In this document: piece after piece, positions 10,029 to 18,305 of the stretch | How positions within the stretch are numbered: the stretch's first letter is position 1 | Layout: the number at the start of each line of letters is the position of its first letter | From: Elusimicrobiota bacterium | Lineage (GTDB): Bacteria > Elusimicrobiota > Elusimicrobia > F11 | Assembly: GCA_003140895.1 (NCBI GenBank) | Contig: PLLH01000069.1 | Span: forward strand, 13,189 to 49,755 | Length of the DNA stretch: 36,567 bases | Direction: 5' to 3' | The notes under the pieces: model-generated | Database searches by the model: none | Told to the model about the DNA's origin: nothing | What the model saw: the letters and a program-made list of their open reading frames with translations, nothing else | Position numbers and translations under genes: made by a program

Positions 10029-11294
10029 ATGAAAATTTGGTCCGCCACGTTTGGATGCAAGGTCAATCAATACGAGACGGAACTCCTGCGCCAGAGGATG
10101 TCGAACGGCGGCAATCAATTTGTTCCATCGCCGATTGACGCCGATCTGTGCTTGATTAATTCCTGTTCCGTCACGGCGTTCGCGGATAAAGAATGCCGGC
10201 AGATGATTCGCATGGTGCTTCGGTCGAACCCCCACGCCCGGGTTATTGTGACGGGGTGCTATGCCACGCGGTCTCCTCAGGAATTGAAAACGATTTCCGA
10301 CCGGGTCGAAGTGTATTCAAACGCGGAGAAAGACAGCCTTCCCTCCTGCCTCGGCTTTGAAATCTCCGATCAACCGTTGGGGATTCATCAATTTTCCGGG
10401 CGAACGCGCGCCTTCTTAAAAATTCAAGATGGATGCCAGGCGCCGTGCCGCTATTGCATCATTCCCACGGTGCGTTCCACTCTCTGGAGCAAACCTGTTC
10501 GGGATGTCACGGCTGAATTTCAAGCGCTTCTCGCCAACGGCTATCAGGAAATTGTGTTAACAGGCATTCGCCTGGGCCTCTACCGCGGCAACGGTCAAGA
10601 GAAGGTTGATTTGGTGGGACTCCTGCGACTCCTTGTGGCGCTTCCCGGCACTTTCCGAATTCGTCTCTCCTCACTTGAGGTGACGGAAGTGAGCGCGGCC
10701 CTGGTTTCATTCGTGAAGGACAACCCTAAAATATGCCGCCATTTTCACATTCCGCTTCAATCCGGGGATGATCAGGTTTTGCGATCCATGGGGCGTTGGT
10801 ACGGCTCCGCCGCTTATCGGAAACGAGTGGATTTGATTAAGGGCGCGTTGCCCGATGCAGGAATCACAGCGGATGTGATGGTGGGCTACCCCACAGAAAC
10901 AGACGATCTGTTTGAAAACACATATCGGTTTATCGACGAAATAGACCTTTCCGGGCTTCACGTGTTCCGGTTTTCCGCTCGGGCCGGAACGAAAGCCGCT
11001 TCGCTTGAGCCCCTTGATCCTCGCGTGGTGAGCCGCCGGGCCGCCCGGCTGGGGGCTCTGGATCAAGCGTTGAAAAGCCGTTTCTATCAACGTTTTCAGG
11101 GGACGCTGCGGGAAGCGATCTTAGAGCCGACGGGGGAGGGGTGGACGGACAATTACATCCGAATCCAAGCTCCGGAGGGGATGACGAAGACAGGGTTGGC
11201 CCTTGTGCCGGTGTGGTCGGCGTCCGAGGAACGCGGGGAGGGGGCTTTGAAACCTCATCGGATGAAATCAACTCAGTCAACCGCCGCTGAATAA
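10029..11294 (+). CDS. mtaB: tRNA t6A37 methylthiotransferase MtaB (MiaB-family radical SAM)
   Basis: UPF0004 domain (GCKVNQYE, INSCSVT, TGCYA), CxxxCxxC (GCQAPCRYC) and HIPLQSG. The position after rsmE is conserved. Confidence 0.88.
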   Translation: MKIWSATFGCKVNQYETELLRQRMSNGGNQFVPSPIDADLCLINSCSVTAFADKECRQMIRMVLRSNPHARVIVTGCYATRSPQELKTISDRVEVYSNAEKDSLPSCLGFEISDQPLGIHQFSGRTRAFLKIQDGCQAPCRYCIIPTVRSTLWSKPVRDVTAEFQALLANGYQEIVLTGIRLGLYRGNGQEKVDLVGLLRLLVALPGTFRIRLSSLEVTEVSAALVSFVKDNPKICRHFHIPLQSGDDQVLRSMGRWYGSAAYRKRVDLIKGALPDAGITADVMVGYPTETDDLFENTYRFIDEIDLSGLHVFRFSARAGTKAASLEPLDPRVVSRRAARLGALDQALKSRFYQRFQGTLREAILEPTGEGWTDNYIRIQAPEGMTKTGLALVPVWSASEERGEGALKPHRMKSTQSTAAE

Positions 11295-11310
11295 TTTATA
11301 ATACGCCTCC

Positions 11311-11655
11311 ATGGATGACTGTATTTTTTGTAAAATCGTCGCCGGAAAAATCAGCGCTCAGATTGTCCATCAAGACAAAAGCGTTTTGGCGTTCAGGGAC
11401 CTAAATCCCCAGGCTCCAGTCCATATCCTGATTATCCCCAGAAAACATATTGATCAAATTTCATCGATGGAAGAGGCGGATTTGCCTCTTCTTGGAGATA
11501 TTTATGGGGCGGTGAAAACAATCGCCCTTCAGGAAGGGATCTCCGAAACCGGTTTCCGGGTTGTGGCCAACAACGGGCCGGACGGCGGGCAGACGGTGGG
11601 TCATCTCCATTTGCATTTGTTGGGCGGACGTTTGATGCATTGGCCTCCCGGTTAA
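11311..11655 (+). CDS. hinT: Histidine triad nucleotide-binding protein (HinT)
   Basis: [22 protein letters not shown][11 protein letters not shown] and a WPPG terminus. Confidence 0.93.
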   Translation: MDDCIFCKIVAGKISAQIVHQDKSVLAFRDLNPQAPVHILIIPRKHIDQISSMEEADLPLLGDIYGAVKTIALQEGISETGFRVVANNGPDGGQTVGHLHLHLLGGRLMHWPPG

Positions 11656-11693
11656 ACGATTTTACTCCACAAGAAAAAGGCGGTGTTTACATA

Positions 11694-11894
11694 GTGGTTT
11701 TAGTGAAAGTCAGAGAAGGTGAAGCCATTGAGGAAGTGTTGCGCAGATTTAAGCGCGAATGCGAACGCAATGGAATACTCCAGGAAATCAAACGACGCGA
11801 GTTTTTTGAGTCTCCTGCGGTCCGAAAAAAGAGAAAAGCGGCCGAAGCTCGGCGCAAAATGAAGCGTCGTCTTCATCGCCAAAAGCGGCGATAA
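11694..11894 (+). CDS. rpsU: 30S ribosomal protein S21
   Basis: [18 protein letters not shown]...[11 protein letters not shown], with a basic tail. The GTG start at 11694 follows SD-like AGGCGGTG. Confidence 0.93.
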   Translation: MVLVKVREGEAIEEVLRRFKRECERNGILQEIKRREFFESPAVRKKRKAAEARRKMKRRLHRQKRR

Positions 11895-11948
11895 GCTCGC
11901 TCCTAGGCGCCCGCCCCACGGTTCCAACATCATTGAAATATTCTTGGC

Positions 11949-11990
11949 GGACTCGTTTCCCATTACTTTATTGGACGCGAGTCCTTTTAT
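11949..11990 (+). terminator. Probable intrinsic terminator/attenuator between rpsU and dnaG
   Basis: GGACTCG (11949-11955) pairs with CGAGTCC (11978-11984), with an inner TCC/GGA extension, followed by TTTTAT. The E. coli rpsU-dnaG-rpoD operon has a terminator at the same position. Confidence 0.6.
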
Positions 11991-12007
11991 CTTGATGGGA
12001 AGCAGTC

Positions 12008-13804
12008 ATGTTTAGCAGGGAACAATTAGACCAAGTCCGATCGGCGGTTGACATCGTCGGAATCGTCAAGGAATACGTCCCTTCGCTCAAACTGACGGGC
12101 CGGTCGGCTCGCGGGTTGTGTCCCTTTCACAGCGAGCGGACGCCGTCCTTCCACGTGCTGCCGGAGAAGGGAATTTTCAAGTGTTTCGGTTGCGGGGAAG
12201 GCGGCGATGTTTTCTCTTTTCTATCGAAGATTGAAAACATTCCTTTTGGAGAAGCGGTTGAGCGATTGGGCGCTCAGGCGGGCATTGTTCTTCGGCCCGT
12301 CAAAGACGTTGAGTTTCAGGAAAAAGACAATCTACGCGATCAGATTCTCCGGGTTCTTGAAGCGGCGGCTCAGATGTATGAGGAGCAGTTGTGGGGAAGC
12401 CGGATCGGAGAAGCGGCTCTTTCTTATCTTCGGGAGCGGTCCATCACGGACGAAACGGCACGAGCCTTTCGTTTGGGGGTGGCGCCGAATCAAGGAACTC
12501 CTGTTTTCGAGGTGTTGCTCAAGAAAGGGTTCACGATCGAGGTATGTCAAAAAAGCGGACTTGTCACAAAATCGTCTGAAGGCCGGTTTTACGATCCGCT
12601 CTATGGCCGGTTGATATTTCCGATTTTTGATCCCACCAGTCGCGTGGTGGGTTTTGGCGGACGGCTACTGCCGGTGGCGAAGCGTAAAACGTTGGGCTTA
12701 TCGGAGGATGAGACGAAGGATCAGGGGCCCAAGTACATCAACTCTCCTGAGACGCCCGTTTTTTCAAAAGGGAAGTTGCTCTACGGTCTGTTTCAAGCCA
12801 AAGGAGCCATCCTTTCTTCCCGTCGAGCGATGGTGTTGGAAGGCTATATGGACGTGGTGGGGGTTCATCAGGGCGGAATTCCCCTGGGAGTGGCGACGCT
12901 GGGAACCGCTCTCACGCGTGACCATGCGAAACTGTTGAAGCGATACGCCGATGAAGTGGTGGCGTTTTTTGACCCGGATGAAGCGGGGCGGAAAGCGGCG
13001 ATGCGGGGGTTGGAGCCGCTTCTCCAGGAAGAGTTGTTTCCGCGGGTTGTGATGGAATCCTCAACGCTTGATCCGGATGAGTTGATTTTGGAAAAGGGAA
13101 AAGAGTACGTTTTAGGTCTCATCAAAGACGCCCCTGATTTCGTCGACTATATTTTGAAAACGTCCTCTTCGGATCGGATGGGACCCAGGGAAAAGTCGGA
13201 TTTGGCCGCTCTTCTCGCGTCCGTGATCGCTTATTCTCCGAATGAGGTGCTTAAATCGGAGTGGACGAAGCGGGTCGGGTTTCAGTTGGGGATCAAGCCG
13301 GAGCTGCTGGATGAGATGGTGAAAAAGGGGGGGCGGGCGCCGGAGGCGTCTCTAGTCAACGCGCGCGTTGATAAGAAGCCGAAGCGCCATCTTCCGTCGG
13401 CGGAAGAAGAATTTTTGCAACTGTGTCTTAATGTTCCGGGGTTGCCGCTCGAAGCGGACTTGGGGCCGGAGGATTTTGGGGACGAGCGGTGCCGGCGTCT
13501 CTTTGAGTTGGTTCAGCAGCGGACGCACGAGAACGGCGCCGTGACCGTCGCTTCCTTGTTGAACGAGGTTCCTGATTCAGACAAAGAGTGGTTTATGTCG
13601 CTCTCTCTTGAAGAAAAAGAATTTTTGGAACCCATGGAGAGAAGGGAACAATTGGTTCGCAATATCCGTTTAAGAAAAGACCAGGCTCGCTTGGCGGATC
13701 TGAGCCGGAGTTTATCCAGCAGCCAGGGCGATCCGGCGTTGATGAACGAGTACAAAGAATTGCTGAAACGTCTTAAAGGGACGGCGCGGCCGCCGTCGGC
13801 GTAG
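12008..13804 (+). CDS. dnaG: DNA primase
   Basis: CHC2 zinc finger (CPFH...CFGC), PKYINSPET, Toprim motifs EGYMDV, FDPDEAG and DPD. Confidence 0.96.
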   Translation: MFSREQLDQVRSAVDIVGIVKEYVPSLKLTGRSARGLCPFHSERTPSFHVLPEKGIFKCFGCGEGGDVFSFLSKIENIPFGEAVERLGAQAGIVLRPVKDVEFQEKDNLRDQILRVLEAAAQMYEEQLWGSRIGEAALSYLRERSITDETARAFRLGVAPNQGTPVFEVLLKKGFTIEVCQKSGLVTKSSEGRFYDPLYGRLIFPIFDPTSRVVGFGGRLLPVAKRKTLGLSEDETKDQGPKYINSPETPVFSKGKLLYGLFQAKGAILSSRRAMVLEGYMDVVGVHQGGIPLGVATLGTALTRDHAKLLKRYADEVVAFFDPDEAGRKAAMRGLEPLLQEELFPRVVMESSTLDPDELILEKGKEYVLGLIKDAPDFVDYILKTSSSDRMGPREKSDLAALLASVIAYSPNEVLKSEWTKRVGFQLGIKPELLDEMVKKGGRAPEASLVNARVDKKPKRHLPSAEEEFLQLCLNVPGLPLEADLGPEDFGDERCRRLFELVQQRTHENGAVTVASLLNEVPDSDKEWFMSLSLEEKEFLEPMERREQLVRNIRLRKDQARLADLSRSLSSSQGDPALMNEYKELLKRLKGTARPPSA

Positions 13805-13835
13805 GTTTTATAAATCTATAGGGATAGGTGTTTAT

Positions 13836-15575
13836 ATGATTCAGGAGCATAACAAGTCCATCATCGACAATAACACCCTCATTCAAGGGCTGGTCAAGCA
13901 GGGGAAAGAGGCGGGGTACATCACGTATGAGGAAATCATGCGACGCCTCCCGGAAAACACGACCCCGGAAGATCTGGATAATTTCTTCGGCACATTGGAA
14001 GAAATGGGCATTCAGGTTTTGGAGTCGGAAGAGACGGCTCGGGCCAAGGTGGAACCGTCGGAAGGAACCCCCGCTCCTGAAGTGGAGTTGGATACCCAGA
14101 ATTCCATCCGGATGTATTTGTCTGAAATGGGCCGCGTTCCGCTTCTCACGCGAGAAGAAGAAGTCACGTTGTCCCGGAATATCAAAGAGCACGAGAAAGA
14201 GCTTCGGCTCCTGGTCCTTCAATCTCCGATCACGTTACGGGAAATCAGCAATTGGGAAACGCTTCTCGAGCAACAGGAGATGACGCCGAAAGAGCTCATG
14301 CCTCGGGGGCGTAAAACCGCGGTTGAGCTGAGCCGGATGCGGCAGAAGGTGAAGGTGGTGGCGAGATCCATCATCAAAAGCGAAAAAGTCATCAAGTCCT
14401 TGGAAGACAAGATCAACAAGCCGACTATTTCTCTGAAGGCCAAAGCCAAGCTTCAACTTCAAGCGGATCACGAGAAAAAAGAAATCGTCGCTCGCATCGT
14501 CAGTCTGAATTTGAATCAGGACAAGATCAAGCGCCTCACCAATAAAATTAAAACTCTGGCCTTTAAAATCCGCGAATGTGAAGAAGAGCTTTTTCGGTAT
14601 GAAAAACGCCTCAACATGCCGTACTTGGAGCTTCAGGGGGTCTACAATAAAGTCCTGTCCAAAAAAATCACTCCAGGGGCGTTCAAAAAATTAACCGGAT
14701 ACACCATGACCGGCATCGAAGCCACCATGGCCAACCTTCAGAACGTGGAGAGCCGGCGGCTTCGAATTCTTCAGGTGCTTCCGGTGACACGGGACAGCTT
14801 GATGGATTTGGACCGCAAAATCCGTCAGTTGGAAGAAGCGATTTTGAAGGACAAACTTAAGTTGATTCGAGCCAATCTTCGATTGGTTGTTTCTATTGCT
14901 AAAAAACATGTCGGTGCGTCTAACTTGGAACTTCCCGATTTGATTCAGGAAGGCGGTTTGGGGCTCATTAAAGCGGTGGAAAAATTTGAATGGCGCCGCG
15001 GGTTTAAATTCTCGACGTACGCCACCTGGTGGATTCGCCAATCCATCAACCGGGCTATCGCCGATCAAGCCAGAACAATCCGTATCCCCGTCCACATGAA
15101 GGAAATTATTTCCAAGTTGACCAAGGTGGCGCGCCGCTCACGGCAGGAATTGGGCCGGGATCCGACGTTGGATGAATACGCGAAGGCGCTTCACCTCTCG
15201 ATCGACAAAGTGCGGGGGATTCTGCGCATCATGCAGGATCCTGTTTCCCTGGCCACGCCGGTCGGAGAAGATGAAGACTCTTTCCTTGAAGATTTTATTG
15301 AGGATGGGTCCGGACCGGAACCGTCTGAAGGAGCGCAGGATTTTCTTCGTCACCGGGAAGTGGAACGGGCGCTCTCGACGTTAAGCGAGCGGGAAGCGCA
15401 GATTATCCGGCTTCGGTTCGGCATCGGAACGGGATATCCCCGGACCTTGGAAGAGCTGGGCCGCATCTTTAACGTCACGCGCGAGCGCGTCCGGCAGATT
15501 GAAGCCAAAGCCATTCGGAAATTGCGGCATCCGTCCCGGAGCCGCGTGCTCAAAGAGTATTTGGAAAACGGTTAA
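13836..15575 (+). CDS. rpoD: RNA polymerase primary sigma factor (sigma70) with a long non-conserved region
   Basis: Region 1.1, RMYLSEMG-x-[30 protein letters not shown] and region 4 [13 protein letters not shown]. Follows dnaG. Confidence 0.96.
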   Translation: MIQEHNKSIIDNNTLIQGLVKQGKEAGYITYEEIMRRLPENTTPEDLDNFFGTLEEMGIQVLESEETARAKVEPSEGTPAPEVELDTQNSIRMYLSEMGRVPLLTREEEVTLSRNIKEHEKELRLLVLQSPITLREISNWETLLEQQEMTPKELMPRGRKTAVELSRMRQKVKVVARSIIKSEKVIKSLEDKINKPTISLKAKAKLQLQADHEKKEIVARIVSLNLNQDKIKRLTNKIKTLAFKIRECEEELFRYEKRLNMPYLELQGVYNKVLSKKITPGAFKKLTGYTMTGIEATMANLQNVESRRLRILQVLPVTRDSLMDLDRKIRQLEEAILKDKLKLIRANLRLVVSIAKKHVGASNLELPDLIQEGGLGLIKAVEKFEWRRGFKFSTYATWWIRQSINRAIADQARTIRIPVHMKEIISKLTKVARRSRQELGRDPTLDEYAKALHLSIDKVRGILRIMQDPVSLATPVGEDEDSFLEDFIEDGSGPEPSEGAQDFLRHREVERALSTLSEREAQIIRLRFGIGTGYPRTLEELGRIFNVTRERVRQIEAKAIRKLRHPSRSRVLKEYLENG

Positions 15576-15615
15576 TCTCTGAAGCGGGGGAGGTCCCGAA
15601 GGCGGCGGTCAGATT

Positions 15616-15624
15616 TGCTAGACT
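15616..15624 (+). promoter_or_regulatory. Possible extended -10 promoter for the tRNA pair
   Basis: TG-C-TAGACT followed by a GC-rich discriminator, 14 bp before the first tRNA. No clear -35. Confidence 0.4.
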
Positions 15625-15638
15625 ACCCGCCGAACAGT

Positions 15639-15712
15639 GGGCCCTTAGCTCAGGTGGTTAGAGCACTCCGCTCATAACGGATTGGTCGTAGGTTCAAGTC
15701 CTACAGGGCCCA
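15639..15712 (+). tRNA. tRNA-Ile2 (anticodon CAT, lysidine type); CCA not encoded
   Basis: Cloverleaf with acceptor GGGCCCT/AGGGCCC, D arm GCTC/GAGC, loop CTCATAA and T arm GTAGG-TTCAAGT-CCTAC. C4-G69/C5-G68 and likeness to ileX favour Ile2 over Met. There is no C1:A72 mismatch or triple GC anticodon stem, so it is not the initiator. Confidence 0.85.
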
Positions 15713-15733
15713 TAAATTTTCCGGCCTTTTTTC

Positions 15734-15805
15734 GGGCAGTTAGCTCAGCGGGAGAGCATTCGCCTCACACGCGAAGGGTCACAGGTTCAATCCCTGTACT
15801 GCCCA
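15734..15805 (+). tRNA. tRNA-Val (CAC); CCA not encoded
   Basis: Acceptor GGGCAGT/ACTGCCC, anticodon arm TTCGC-CTCACAC-GCGAA, T arm ACAGG-TTCAATC-CCTGT, discriminator A. Confidence 0.93.
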
Positions 15806-15935
15806 ATATCCTTAAAATTTATAATGAAAAATTGAGGCGGCCCTCCGCGCCTCACAGCGGTGGGGCTGCCCAGTATTGGCGCAACCGCAAATCTTCACAA
15901 AATACTCATTCAATAAATATTGGATAATCTAACCC

Positions 15936-16751
15936 ATGCAAAATGAACTTTCGTTTTTACTGAAACTCCAGGAATTGGACGTCGTTCTCGACGATCTCGC
16001 CGAGAAATCGGAGGCGGTGGCTCAGCGTATTCAGTCCAAGAATCAAGAAATTGATTCGCTCAAATCCTCTCTCAAATCCGCCAAGGAAGCCTTGTCCATC
16101 CACCTCGTTAAGAAAAAACAGTTGGAGGGGGAGGCTGAAGCCAAGGAACAAGTCCTCAAAAAACATCAGGCAGCGCTAAACGCCCTCAAAAGCAACGACG
16201 CCTATAAAGCGATGCTAGGAGAAATTGAAGCGGCGAAAAACGCCGTCCATGCCATTGAAGATGAAATTTTGATTATGATGGAACAAGTTGAAGCGGACGA
16301 CCGGGATCATAAAGTCAAAGAACAAAGAGTGAAAGCCGAAGAAGGAATCATGAGGGCCGCCGTCCAAGAGCTGGAGAACCAAAAAACACAGATTTTGGCT
16401 GAGAAACAAACGAAGCAAGCCGCGCGTGACGCGTATGTGGCGAACGTCCCGGCCCATCTTAAAAATCAGTACGAGGTTATCCGAAAAAAACGTGGCGGCA
16501 TGGTTGTCGTTCAATTGGTTCATGGTTGTTGCGGGGGGTGTCAGATGACGCTCACGCCCAACAAGGCGAACGAAGTCAAAAAGGCCAAGAACATGGTGGT
16601 CTGCGAATCATGCTCTCGGATTATTTATCTCGCTGTTTCCGATTCGAATCCTGAGGCTGCCGCTCCGCCGATTCCGGTGGCCTCCGCTCCGGCGCCCGGG
16701 CCCGCTCCGGTTCCTTCCGTCGATCCTTCTCCTTCAACCTCCGTTAGCTAA
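15936..16751 (+). CDS. Coiled-coil protein with C4-type zinc ribbon (DUF164/CT398-like) and a Pro/Ala/Ser tail
   Basis: N-terminal LLKLQELD, long coiled coil, YEVIRK, C-x-G-C and C-x-x-C-x-RI. This family often lies downstream of rpoD. Confidence 0.85.
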   Translation: MQNELSFLLKLQELDVVLDDLAEKSEAVAQRIQSKNQEIDSLKSSLKSAKEALSIHLVKKKQLEGEAEAKEQVLKKHQAALNALKSNDAYKAMLGEIEAAKNAVHAIEDEILIMMEQVEADDRDHKVKEQRVKAEEGIMRAAVQELENQKTQILAEKQTKQAARDAYVANVPAHLKNQYEVIRKKRGGMVVVQLVHGCCGGCQMTLTPNKANEVKKAKNMVVCESCSRIIYLAVSDSNPEAAAPPIPVASAPAPGPAPVPSVDPSPSTSVS

Positions 16752-16770
16752 TCATTCTTTTCTTCGGAAT

Positions 16771-16794
16771 CGTCATCCGCCGCGGCGGATGACG
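16771..16794. repeat. Perfect 24 bp palindrome CGTCATCCGCCGCGGCGGATGACG (hairpin, possible terminator or 3' stabiliser)
   Basis: The sequence equals its own reverse complement. It starts 20 bp after the zinc-ribbon gene stop. Confidence 0.75.
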
Positions 16795-16847
16795 CTGATA
16801 TCTTCTCCTCCCTATTTAAAAAATAAATCTCCAGCTTCAATTATTTA

Positions 16848-16876
16848 TTGACACCGCATTGTTGCGGTATTAGACT
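16848..16876 (+). promoter_or_regulatory. Sigma70 promoter of the dcw cluster
   Basis: TTGACA (16848-16853), 17 bp spacer and TAGACT (16871-16876), with an AT-rich UP-like tract upstream. Confidence 0.8.
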
Positions 16877-16877
16877 T

Positions 16878-16913
16878 GTGGAGCTTTGTGGATAAAAGTG
16901 GTGGAAAGTGTGG
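16878..16913 (+). promoter_or_regulatory. MraZ binding repeats
   Basis: GTG(G) units at a 10 bp period (16878, 16888, 16898, 16908), directly upstream of mraZ. Confidence 0.8.
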
Positions 16914-16929
16914 ATAAAAGTGTGGATAA
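16887..16929 (-). promoter_or_regulatory. Three perfect DnaA boxes (TTATCCACA on the minus strand)
   Basis: TGTGGATAA at 16887-16895, 16909-16917 and 16921-16929. Confidence 0.7.
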
Positions 16930-16944
16930 CCAGCACGAGGGACC

Positions 16945-17382
16945 ATGTACCTAGGAACGTTTGAACATACGATCGACCCCAAGGGGCGTCTCTTCATTCC
17001 CGCCAAACTACGGGAACAAAATGCGAAGGGGGACGGGAAATTTATTTTGACCCAGGGACTCGAAGCCTGCCTCTATCTTTTCGATCACGATACCTTCCAC
17101 AGCAATTTAGCGTCCAAGCTGGACACGCTTCCCGTGAAGAACCAGCAAGACGCGCGGGCCTTTAAGCGGCTTCTCTTGGCCGGCGCTCGAGACGCGACGC
17201 TGGACGACATGGGCCGGATTTTGATTTCGAAGTCCATGATTGAATTCGCCAATTTGAAAAAAGACGTGTCGATCCTTGGAGTGGGGCAGAGGATCGAGTT
17301 GTGGTCGACGTCTCAATGGCTTAAATACAACAAGCGCGCTTTGACCACATTCCAGAGGTTGGGGAAGCATTTAGAGATTTAG
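16945..17382 (+). CDS. mraZ: Transcriptional regulator MraZ
   Basis: G-x-FEHTIDPKGRL and a second DxxGRI repeat, G-x-G-x-RIELW. First gene of the dcw cluster. Confidence 0.95.
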   Translation: MYLGTFEHTIDPKGRLFIPAKLREQNAKGDGKFILTQGLEACLYLFDHDTFHSNLASKLDTLPVKNQQDARAFKRLLLAGARDATLDDMGRILISKSMIEFANLKKDVSILGVGQRIELWSTSQWLKYNKRALTTFQRLGKHLEI

Positions 17383-17390
17383 GAACTTCC

Positions 17391-18305
17391 ATGAATGAAG
17401 AGGCTCACCCTGGCGGGATGCATGAACCGGTCCTTTTAGGCGAGGTTGTGGATCTTTTACATATTCGCCCAGAGGGTCTCTATGTCGACGGGACTCTTGG
17501 TTTGGGGGGGCACGCGGAAGCCATCGTGTCCCGCTTGAGCGGACAAGGGAAATTGTTGGGCTTGGACGTGGATCCCACGAATTTGGTTCGGGCGGAGAGT
17601 CGCTTGCAACCCTTTGGAAATCGGACGACAACTCGGCGTGCGAATTTTCGGGGGTTGCAAGGGGTTCTTCGCGGCCTCGGATGGAACGCGGTTGATGGAA
17701 TGCTTTTTGATTTGGGTGTTTCCAGCCCGCATTTGGACGAAGCGGAACGTGGTTTTTCTTTTCAGAAATGCGGACCCTTGGACATGCGGATGGATCCGCA
17801 GGGGAAGAAAACAGCGTTGTCTCTCCTGCGGGAGATGAGCGAAGACGATTTGATTAAGGTTCTTATCGAATTTGGGGAAGGGCGGTTTGCCAGGAAGCTA
17901 AGCCGGGCCATACTTCATGACGTGAGACAGGACCTCATAAAAACGACTCGCGACTTGGCGGATCTCTGCCAACGAATCGTGAGAAAAAGAGGAAAGACAC
18001 ATGGCGCCACTCGAGTTTTCTTGGCTCTTCGGAATTTGGTCAATGATGAATTAGGAGCGTTGCAGGAGCTGCTTAACACGGCACCACCCTTGTTGTCGGT
18101 GGGAGGGCGGATGGGGATCATCGCTTTCCATTCGCTGGAAGATCGGTTGGTGAAGGTGACGTTCAAAACTCTGGAACAGGAGGGGCTTATGGGCATGGCA
18201 TTTAGGCGAGTCACGAAAAAGCCGGTGCAGGCGTCTCAAACGGAAACGGATCGGAATCCGCGGGCCAGAAGCGCCAAATTGCGGGTCTTGGAGAGACTCC
18301 GATGA
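17391..18305 (+). CDS. rsmH: 16S rRNA m4C1402 methyltransferase RsmH (MraW)
   Basis: HEPVLL, DGTLGLGGH, DLGVSS, RGFSF, PLDMRM, FHSLEDR and NPRARSAKLR. Confidence 0.96.
   Translation: MNEEAHPGGMHEPVLLGEVVDLLHIRPEGLYVDGTLGLGGHAEAIVSRLSGQGKLLGLDVDPTNLVRAESRLQPFGNRTTTRRANFRGLQGVLRGLGWNAVDGMLFDLGVSSPHLDEAERGFSFQKCGPLDMRMDPQGKKTALSLLREMSEDDLIKVLIEFGEGRFARKLSRAILHDVRQDLIKTTRDLADLCQRIVRKRGKTHGATRVFLALRNLVNDELGALQELLNTAPPLLSVGGRMGIIAFHSLEDRLVKVTFKTLEQEGLMGMAFRRVTKKPVQASQTETDRNPRARSAKLRVLERLR

Noticed and set aside
15682-15927. 81 aa ORF in the ORF track
   Set aside because: It overlaps two clear tRNA genes.
15639-15935. Integration site or genomic island at the tRNAs
   Set aside because: No integrase, no duplicated tRNA 3' end, and the flanking genes are core genes.
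16800-16930. oriC candidate (AT-rich tract plus DnaA boxes)
   Set aside because: The region is short and already explained as the mraZ promoter. Genes are co-directional on both sides, and dnaA/dnaN are not nearby. A genome-wide GC-skew plot would settle it.
16878-16930. CRISPR-like or iteron array
   Set aside because: The units are only 9-12 bp with no unique spacers, and no cas or rep gene is present. MraZ and DnaA sites explain them.
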